Origin: Bacteroidales bacterium
Lineage (GTDB): Bacteria; Bacteroidota; Bacteroidia; Bacteroidales; P3
Length of the DNA: 64,000 bases
Reading direction: 5' to 3'
NCBI GenBank assembly: GCA_031262295.1
Contig: JAISIA010000024.1
Span: forward strand, 10,659-74,658
Made by a program: the position numbers and the translations under genes. Positions 30,640 through 38,097 of this stretch are shown piece by piece. Position 1 is the stretch's first letter. Each line of letters opens with the position of its first letter. Below the pieces are notes generated by a model. It ran no database searches. It saw nothing but the letters and a program-made list of their open reading frames with translations, and had not been told where the DNA came from.

Positions 30640-32484
30640 TTATTCTACTGTAACGCTTTTTGCTAAGTTTCTTGGTTGATCAACATCTCTTCCTTTTTCT
30701 ACTGCCACATAATAGGAGAATAATTGTAATGGAATAACTGACAAAATAGATGTTAGACATTCTTCTGTTTGTGGAATTTCAAAACACATATCTGCAATAT
30801 TCTTAATATCCTTATCCCCTTGTGTTACTATTGCTATTATTTTTCCCTTTCTACTTCTTATTTCCTCAATATTACTTAAAACCTTTTCGTATGTTTTTAA
30901 TAAAGGAGCAATAACAACACAAGGCATTTCATCATCTATAAGTGCAATTGGACCATGTTTCATCTCTGCTGCGGGGTATCCTTCGGCGTGAATGTATGAT
31001 ATTTCTTTTAATTTTAATGCTCCTTCTAATGCAACAGGGTAATTATATCCTCTTCCAAGATACATAAAGTTGCGAGCATAAGTAAATATCTTTGATATTT
31101 GTTCAATCTCTTTTGCTTTTTCTAATATGGATTCTACCTTTTCATTTATATTACAAAGCTCTTTTACTATGCTTTCGTATTTCTCATTTGTTATTGTTTT
31201 AAGTTCTTTTCCTATTGAAAGAGCCATCATAGTTAGAACAATAACCTGAGTTGTGAAAGCCTTAGTTGAGGCAACACCAATTTCTGGTCCAGCATGAGTA
31301 TATGTTCCGCTATCGGTTGCTCTTGCTATTGAAGAACCCACAACATTACATATTCCATATATAAAAGCACCTTTTTTTCTTGCAAGTTCAATAGCTGCCA
31401 AAGTATCGGCTGTTTCCCCCGATTGAGATATTGGTATTAGTATATCGCCTTGTTTAATTACTGGATTCCTATAACGAAACTCCGAAGCCACTTCAACAAC
31501 AACAGGAATACGGCAAAACTCTTCAAAAAGATATTTTCCTATTAGTCCAGCATGCCAAGATGTCCCACATGCGGTAATAATTATTTTGTTGCATTGTTTA
31601 AATTTGTCAATATGATCTATAATTCCGCTAAGTTTTATCTCTTTTTTCTCAACATTTAAACGTCCATTCATACAAAGATCAAAACTCTTTGGCTGTTCAA
31701 ATATTTCTTTTAGCATAAAATGAGGATAACCTTGCTTTTCAATATCGTTTAATTCCAACTCTATTTTTGAAATATCGTGCTCTATTTCCTCATTATTTAT
31801 GGTATTTATTAGCGGACGATTGCCTTTTTCTAAAAGAACAACTTCTTCATCATCCAAATATATTACATTATTTGTATATTCTACAATTGGTGTTGCATCA
31901 GAACCAATAAAGAAATCCCCTTCTCCAATGCCTACAATTAGGGGTGAGCCTTTGCGAGCTGCAACCAATGTGTCGTTTTTCCCTTTTTCTATTACACATA
32001 TTGCGTAGGCACCAATAACAAAATGAAGTGTGCGTTTTACAGCTTCAAACAAGGAACAATCATATTTTGTTTTTACAAACTCTATTGCTTGAACTAATAC
32101 CTCTGTATCTGTTTGGCTTTGGAATTTGTAACCATTCTTTGTTAGCATTTGTTTTATGGATAGATAGTTTTCTATAATTCCATTATGTATTAAGGCTAAA
32201 TTCTTACTTTGAGAATAGTGTGGATGAGCATTTGTGTCGTTTGGCTCTCCGTGAGTAGCCCATCGGGTATGTGCTATGCCAAGTGTTCCCGATACATCCT
32301 TATCTTTGCAATACTCTTCCAAAGAAGAGACCTTGCCCTTAGTTTTATAAACTTTCAATTCTAAGTTTTCATTCAACAAAGCACAACCTGCTGAATCATA
32401 ACCACGATATTCCAACCTTTTTAATCCTTTTATCAATATTGGGTATGCTTGTTTGTCTCCCAGATAACCAACTATTCCACACAT
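30640..32484 (-). CDS. glmS: glutamine--fructose-6-phosphate aminotransferase
   Basis: 614 aa. N-terminal MCGIVGY, SIS domains and C-terminal NLAKSVTVE. Confidence 0.95.
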   Translation of the reverse strand: MCGIVGYLGDKQAYPILIKGLKRLEYRGYDSAGCALLNENLELKVYKTKGKVSSLEEYCKDKDVSGTLGIAHTRWATHGEPNDTNAHPHYSQSKNLALIHNGIIENYLSIKQMLTKNGYKFQSQTDTEVLVQAIEFVKTKYDCSLFEAVKRTLHFVIGAYAICVIEKGKNDTLVAARKGSPLIVGIGEGDFFIGSDATPIVEYTNNVIYLDDEEVVLLEKGNRPLINTINNEEIEHDISKIELELNDIEKQGYPHFMLKEIFEQPKSFDLCMNGRLNVEKKEIKLSGIIDHIDKFKQCNKIIITACGTSWHAGLIGKYLFEEFCRIPVVVEVASEFRYRNPVIKQGDILIPISQSGETADTLAAIELARKKGAFIYGICNVVGSSIARATDSGTYTHAGPEIGVASTKAFTTQVIVLTMMALSIGKELKTITNEKYESIVKELCNINEKVESILEKAKEIEQISKIFTYARNFMYLGRGYNYPVALEGALKLKEISYIHAEGYPAAEMKHGPIALIDDEMPCVVIAPLLKTYEKVLSNIEEIRSRKGKIIAIVTQGDKDIKNIADMCFEIPQTEECLTSILSVIPLQLFSYYVAVEKGRDVDQPRNLAKSVTVE

Positions 32485-32540
32485 AAACTATTTTTTTTAT
32501 TTTTGTTATTTTAATGTTTTTAACTTCTAATTCCAATCCG

Positions 32541-32548
32541 CAAAGGTA
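32541..32548 (-). promoter_or_regulatory. -7 box upstream of glmS
   Basis: Complement reads TACCTTTG, 56 nt upstream of start 32484. Confidence 0.4.
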
Positions 32549-32645
32549 ATACAATTTATTATAAATATAGTAAAACACATATTAAACCACATTAGTTGTA
32601 GAATTAAACCAAAAATACAATTTCTTGAATTTTGGAATTTTGTTG

Positions 32646-32653
32646 TACCTTTG
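32646..32653 (+). promoter_or_regulatory. -7 box directly upstream of trpS
   Basis: TACCTTTG ends 4 nt before ATG 32658. TTTC lies 21 nt upstream. Confidence 0.45.
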
Positions 32654-32657
32654 CACA

Positions 32658-33653
32658 ATGGAAACAATTTTAAGTGGAATGCGTCCTACGGGTAATATAC
32701 ATTTAGGTAATTACTTTGGAGCATTAATAAATTTTATTAAATTACAGCAAACGCATCGTTGCTTTTTCTTTATTGCCGACTATCATTCCTTAACAACTCA
32801 TCCCAATCCAAAGGATTTACATCAAAGTGTTAAGACTATATTATCACAATATCTTGCCTGTGGCTTAGATCCTCAAAAAAGTACAATATACATTCAAAGT
32901 TCTTTGCCTGAGGTGACAGAATTATATATGTATCTTAATATGATTGCCTACTTAGGAGAGTTAGAAAGGGTGACATCTTTTAAGGATAAGGTTAGGCAAA
33001 ACCCCAATAATGTAAATGCAGGCTTACTAACCTACCCCACATTAATGGCATCAGACATCCTAATTCATAAGGCAAACTACGTCCCTGTTGGAAAAGACCA
33101 AGCACAACATTTAGAAATGACAAGAACTTTTGCACAAAGGTTCAACAAAATGTATAATGTGGAATATTTTCCCCTACCTCAGGCTTATAACTTCAAGAAT
33201 GAACTACTAAAAGTTCCGGGATTGGATGGCTCTGGTAAGATGGGCAAGAGCTTAGGTGAGGCTAATGCAATATTTCTTGTTGATTCAGATACTGCAATAG
33301 AGAAAAAAATATCAAGAGCAAAAACAGATAGTGGTCCAAAGGAAACAAATGAGAAAAAATCTGTTGAAATTGAGAATCTTTTTTCCTTAATGTCTTTGGT
33401 TTCTTCTAAGGAAACTATTGATTATTTTGAAGAAAAATATAATGATTGTTCAATTCGCTATGGAGATATGAAAAAACAATTGGCAAAGGATATGATAAGT
33501 TTCATCTCTCCAATAAGAGAAAAGATATTTGAAATACAAAATAACGACACCTATCTAAGCGATGCAATTAAGCAAGGCGAAGAAAAGGCAAGAGAAAGTG
33601 CAAGAAAAACCATTAGGGAAGTTAGAGAAATAATAGGATTTAAGTCATTTTAA
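32658..33653 (+). CDS. trpS: tryptophan--tRNA ligase
   Basis: Start trimmed to METILSGMRPTGNIHLGNY (HIGH-type motif). KMSKS equivalent KMGKS. Confidence 0.9.
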   Translation: METILSGMRPTGNIHLGNYFGALINFIKLQQTHRCFFFIADYHSLTTHPNPKDLHQSVKTILSQYLACGLDPQKSTIYIQSSLPEVTELYMYLNMIAYLGELERVTSFKDKVRQNPNNVNAGLLTYPTLMASDILIHKANYVPVGKDQAQHLEMTRTFAQRFNKMYNVEYFPLPQAYNFKNELLKVPGLDGSGKMGKSLGEANAIFLVDSDTAIEKKISRAKTDSGPKETNEKKSVEIENLFSLMSLVSSKETIDYFEEKYNDCSIRYGDMKKQLAKDMISFISPIREKIFEIQNNDTYLSDAIKQGEEKARESARKTIREVREIIGFKSF

Positions 33654-33654
33654 T

Positions 33655-34335
33655 ATGTCAAAACTTTATTTGGTTCCAACTCCAATAGGGAATTTGGAAG
33701 ATATTACTCTTCGTGCTATACGCATACTAAAAGAGGTTGATCTAATTCTTGCAGAGGATACACGCACTTCAAAGAAACTTCTAAACCATTACCAAATTAC
33801 AACCCCATTAGAGTCGTATCACCTATTCAATGAACACGAAAAAGTGGAAAGAATTGCAGAAAAAATAAGTGCAGGATATAAAGTTGCTCTTATAAGTGAT
33901 GCAGGAACGCCCGCTATTTCAGACCCCGGATACCTACTTGTTAGACAATGCGTAAAACATGATATAGTTGTGGAGACACTTCCCGGTGCAACAGCCCTTA
34001 TAGTTGCATTAGTTAATTCAGCAATACCTTGTAATAGTTTTTCTTTTGAAGGATTTCTTCCCACTAAAAAAGGGAGGAAAACCCTATTAGATAAACTAAA
34101 AACAGAAGAAAGAACTATGATATTCTACGAATCCCCTTTTAGATTAATAAAAACTCTAAAAGATTTTAGTGAATATTTTGGAAAAGATAGAAGGGCATCA
34201 GTAAGTAGGGAACTAACAAAACTATTTGAAGAAAACAAAAGAGGCACTTTGGAAGAATTAATAAACTATTTTGAAAATAAAACAATAAAAGGAGAAATAG
34301 TAATCATAGTTCAAGGGTCGGCAACCGACTTTTAA
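33655..34335 (+). CDS. rsmI: 16S rRNA (cytidine1402-2'-O)-methyltransferase
   Basis: 226 aa. Motifs LYLVPTPIGNLEDITLRA, EDTR and ISDAGTPAISDPG. The last 6 codons (SATDF*) are encoded by a hairpin repeat unit. Confidence 0.9.
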   Translation: MSKLYLVPTPIGNLEDITLRAIRILKEVDLILAEDTRTSKKLLNHYQITTPLESYHLFNEHEKVERIAEKISAGYKVALISDAGTPAISDPGYLLVRQCVKHDIVVETLPGATALIVALVNSAIPCNSFSFEGFLPTKKGRKTLLDKLKTEERTMIFYESPFRLIKTLKDFSEYFGKDRRASVSRELTKLFEENKRGTLEELINYFENKTIKGEIVIIVQGSATDF

Positions 34336-35333
34336 TTGTCCTTGCGGAAATATGGGTTTTTATAATTATATATTTATATACTTATATTTATAATTCAATA
34401 AAAAATTATTCTTGTTTAAAATTTCTAAAACAAGGATAATTTTCTATGTAAATACAATAATTACCTATCAATTCCACAAATTCAAGACCTAAAATGTTAT
34501 ATTTTCAAAAATATTTAACATTTCATACCCCATTTTTGACCCCATTTTTAACACTTTAGTAAATTTTTTCGCCAAAATTTAACATTTTTTAACATTTCAT
34601 TCAATTTTTGTCGGCAACCGACCTTTGTTTTTCCTAACGGAATTTCAGCTTTTCAAATTATTAATTATCAATATAATCCAAACAAATTTTAATATGTTTT
34701 CCCCGATTTTTAATTAAAAAACTCAAAACCTTATTTTTTCAGAAAAAAAACGAAGATTTCTCCAAATAAAACGCTGTTTTATTTTCCTAAAACGAAGAAA
34801 TAATTTTCTAAATCTTCGTTTTAATTTTCTAAAACGAAGATTTATTTAAAGATAACACACTAATAATAAGATTATTATAATGCAATCAAAAATAAAAATA
34901 AGTTGTGGGGAAATTTATATGTCTTTTGCCTTAAAAGAAACTTTGTTTGGCAAAGATACAAAAAAGATTTGATAAATGCAAACGGGAAATTTCAGTTTTG
35001 AAATTTGGAATTTAACATTTGAAGGAAAAAATGTTAAATATTTTTTGAAATTACATTTTTCATATATCAAAGCAATGGGATTCATCTCCTTGTAAAACTA
35101 ATATTATATACAAATAATGGTAATTTATATAAAGAAACAATACGGGAAAAGAGATAAACCCCCTTATTATTGGTTATTTTGTGTAATGCCCTTTGCGGAT
35201 TATCCCTACTGAATTATGACAAAATAAAGGTGGGTTTTGACTTCCGCAAGGACAATTAAATGCCTGTTGCAGGCTTGCCGACAACCAGACTTCCGTTAGG
35301 ACGACTAAATGCCACTTGGTGGCTTGCCGACAA
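34317..35333. repeat. intergenic repeat locus D: full-length long composite copy (about 1 kb, ORF-less)
   Basis: Components in order: hairpin unit 34317-34350, TTTAACATTT boxes 34514-34598, hairpin unit 34610-34645, 21-bp repeats 34741-34847, promoter 34951-34982 (minus), inverted repeat 35009-35039, and two terminal hairpin units 35239-35333. Collinear with the reverse complement of 46753-47600. Confidence 0.9.
34951..34982 (-). promoter_or_regulatory. Bacteroidetes sigma-A type promoter inside repeat copy D
   Basis: Minus strand: TTTG (complement 34979-34982), 20 nt, TATCTTTG (complement 34951-34958). It points toward the 21-bp array at 34741-34847. Confidence 0.6.
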
Positions 35334-35466
35334 ATAAATAATATTTCAATATAATGTCTCGTTGTTATAGTAAGAAAAATAAAACTTATGCCCTAAAAAT
35401 AACTTATATGGAGGCAAATTATGCAATATATAGAGCTATTTTTCAAAATATAAAATAATAAAATTT

Positions 35467-36675
35467 ATGAAGTTACTTTATAATTTAACATTAAACAAAA
35501 AGGTAAGGGCTTTTGCTATTATGGCATTAGCCTTGCCTTTTGGCTTATTTGCTCAAAGCAAAGTTATAGACTATGATACAACTATCTTTACAAAAGATAA
35601 AATTGATTGCATTTACAACAACATCATTTTAAGTTTTAATAATGATACTCTTTATTTTATAGACGAAAAGTTAGCACATAAAAATAAGTACAAAAAAGTC
35701 AAAATAAGTGGTCTTGACACAAAAACAAATAAAATGTTTTCCTTTTATTTTTCTGCTAAAAATTGTAATAACTTAAAAGATAAAAGAAATCATATTAGTC
35801 GTTTTTGGATAAAAGATAATAATCTTTATATAAATGTGTCTAATCATATTTATGTATTTAATAAAAATAAAGATAATGAATATGTTTTTCAAAAGGAAGT
35901 AAATAAACCTAAGGAAGGAGAAAATTATGATGCCTTTCCTTTAAAGGATAATAAGATTCTATTATATAAAAATTATCTCGGATTATTTGATACTTTTGAT
36001 GAAAGTACTTGTTGGTTATTATATGATTTAGAAAAAGAAGAAGTAATACAAAGAAAAGAGTATTTAAATTTCCCTTCTCCTATTTTAACTTACTTTGGAC
36101 CACGAGATATTATTAGCATAAGCAATGATAGGATATTTTATTCTCCTGCTAATGAATATAAAATACTGATTTATGATTTTAACCTTAACTTAGTTGATTC
36201 CATTGTGCATCAAAAAAAGAATTGGATAATGGTAGATGAGGAAAAAGAAAAGCAAGTACTTAATAAGTATGAAGAACCCATAGAAAGACTAAATGCTTTT
36301 TCAAATTATTTTTGGGATTCTACATCATCAATTATGAGACTTTTTACTTCTAATGATTATTTAATTGTAGTATATAAAGGGTTTAATGATAGTATAAAAT
36401 TGGAAATTGGCTTATATGATGTATGGCATAAAGAAAATAATGAATGGAAATTAATTGAAGAGGCTAATGAAGAAACTATTAATTATATTAAAAACAAATT
36501 TTATCCTTTTGGCGCAACCTTATTAAAAGACAATATTATTATTCAGATAAAAGAAAAGACCCCAATAAAGCGTGAAGATTATAAGAGCGAAGAAAAGTAT
36601 CAAAAAGCTAAGGAAAAGTATATTTTGAATGAAGATTGTTTATTAGTCATTGAAAAATTCCATATTAAGCAATGA
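35467..36675 (+). CDS. hypothetical secreted protein (possibly beta-propeller-like)
   Basis: 402 aa with a signal peptide, very AT-rich. No recognisable motif. The stop overlaps the next start (ATGA). Confidence 0.45.
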   Translation: MKLLYNLTLNKKVRAFAIMALALPFGLFAQSKVIDYDTTIFTKDKIDCIYNNIILSFNNDTLYFIDEKLAHKNKYKKVKISGLDTKTNKMFSFYFSAKNCNNLKDKRNHISRFWIKDNNLYINVSNHIYVFNKNKDNEYVFQKEVNKPKEGENYDAFPLKDNKILLYKNYLGLFDTFDESTCWLLYDLEKEEVIQRKEYLNFPSPILTYFGPRDIISISNDRIFYSPANEYKILIYDFNLNLVDSIVHQKKNWIMVDEEKEKQVLNKYEEPIERLNAFSNYFWDSTSSIMRLFTSNDYLIVVYKGFNDSIKLEIGLYDVWHKENNEWKLIEEANEETINYIKNKFYPFGATLLKDNIIIQIKEKTPIKREDYKSEEKYQKAKEKYILNEDCLLVIEKFHIKQ

Positions 36676-37151
36676 AAAAAATAGTTTTAATATCATTGCT
36701 TTGTTGTTTTATATTTATACCATCTTTTGGACAAAAACAAAAAGATGAATTTATAGATTTATATGGAGATAAAGCAACTTTACCAAAATTAGATACATTA
36801 TATATTGTCACCTTTTCAAGTCTTAGTTGCCATGGTTGTTATTTGGAGATTGCTTCTTTCTTTGAAAAAAAGAATGTATTTGATAATAAAAATATAGGTG
36901 TATTCTTTGTCGTTGGTGATTATGCTAAGAATTTGGAAAGTGCAATGAGGCGTAAGTATTTTTATAATAGTTTAGCTGAATATTTTCCTAATGTAAAGAA
37001 ATCACAAATATTATTTAATTCAAATATAAAAGATGATATTGTAACATTGTTTGGTAAGAATTACAATATTCATTCCATTCCAAAGATTTTCACAATAATT
37101 AATAATAAGAAAACAATTTACCCTTATGATGAATTTATAAAGAAAATGTGA
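36672..37151 (+). CDS. secreted thioredoxin-fold-like protein (CxxC)
   Basis: 159 aa with a signal peptide. CHGC motif in the context FSSLSCHGCYLE. Translationally coupled to the upstream ORF. Confidence 0.45.
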   Translation: MKKIVLISLLCCFIFIPSFGQKQKDEFIDLYGDKATLPKLDTLYIVTFSSLSCHGCYLEIASFFEKKNVFDNKNIGVFFVVGDYAKNLESAMRRKYFYNSLAEYFPNVKKSQILFNSNIKDDIVTLFGKNYNIHSIPKIFTIINNKKTIYPYDEFIKKM

Positions 37152-37182
37152 TTTCTATTTAATTTCTTATTAAATAACACTT

Positions 37183-37226
37183 ATAGAAGCTCATTAAAGA
37201 TTAAAATTTATTGAGCTTCTATTTTT
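37183..37226 (+). terminator. rho-independent terminator after the thioredoxin-like gene
   Basis: atagaagctca (37183-37193) pairs with tgagcttctat (37212-37222), followed by TTTTT. Confidence 0.6.
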
Positions 37227-37244
37227 GAAAAATCATAATAAGAC

Positions 37245-37328
37245 TACCCATATTCCGCAAGGACGAATAAAAGCCGCTTGGCGGTCCGTTAGGACAACTA
37301 AATGCTCGTTGCGGGTTCGGTTGCCGAC
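37245..37328 (+). repeat. intergenic repeat locus E: about 3 hairpin units
   Basis: Sequence tattccgcaaggacgaataaaagccgcttggcgg / tccgttaggacaactaaatgctcgttgcggg / ttcggttgccgac. It overlaps the 3' end of the minus-strand TIGR02757 gene. Confidence 0.85.
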
Positions 37329-38062
37329 TTATTTATTCCATAACCGAAGAGGGCAAAATCTCCTAAAAGGGGATCGGAAGGGAAAATGGTTTTTAGATTT
37401 TCGGTAATTTGTAAGGCTGTTTTTAAGGAAGGTTGTTTTATTGTGGTTAATTGTAAAAATAAAGCCTCCTTATGAACATGAGTATCTAATGGAATAATCA
37501 AATCCTTTGGCTCTAAGATATTCCATAAACCAAAATCTACAATACCATCGTTTCTTATCATCCATCTTAAAAACATACATAAACGTTTGCAAGCAGAAGT
37601 GATATTATTAGGAATACCTTTCACATCTTTAAACATCGTTATTATTATTTTTAGAATAACAATAGAATTATTTCCCTCTTTGTTTTCTTTTTGTTTTTCT
37701 TCAATTGCTTTTTCCAAAGAGGAATATTTTTCATATATATTATATAATGTAAGGCAAAGATTGTAATAGTCATTAAAGGTATAAAAACGATATAGACAAG
37801 AGGGATTATTCTTATATTTTACAAATCCTTTTTCTTTTATAAATTGGTAGGGAGAATTGTTATACAAGGCAAATTCCTTATGAATAATTTCTAAGGTTTT
37901 TATTATTTGTTTCCTATTTCCATAAGAGAGCCAAGAGGAGATAAAGGCAGAAATTTCAATATCTTTTTTTTCTTTATAAAGATGTGGAAATTGTATTGGG
38001 TCATTAAGAATGAAGTCTTTATTATTATATCTTTTGGAATATTCTATAATTAGGTCTTTCAT
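37298..38062 (-). CDS. TIGR02757 (DUF2400) family protein
   Basis: 254 aa. N-terminus with DPIQFPH...EISAFISSWLSYGNRKQI. The last roughly 10 codons (SATEPATSI*) are encoded by hairpin repeat units. Confidence 0.5.
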   Translation of the reverse strand: MKDLIIEYSKRYNNKDFILNDPIQFPHLYKEKKDIEISAFISSWLSYGNRKQIIKTLEIIHKEFALYNNSPYQFIKEKGFVKYKNNPSCLYRFYTFNDYYNLCLTLYNIYEKYSSLEKAIEEKQKENKEGNNSIVILKIIITMFKDVKGIPNNITSACKRLCMFLRWMIRNDGIVDFGLWNILEPKDLIIPLDTHVHKEALFLQLTTIKQPSLKTALQITENLKTIFPSDPLLGDFALFGYGINKSATEPATSI

Positions 38063-38097
38063 TAAAATATTTGTAATTTATCTTCTATTATTTAATT

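Noticed and set aside
37225-37407. 60-aa plus-strand ORF over repeat locus E.
   Set aside because: It is made entirely of hairpin repeat units and the antisense of the TIGR02757 gene 3' end, so it is a repeat-generated artefact.
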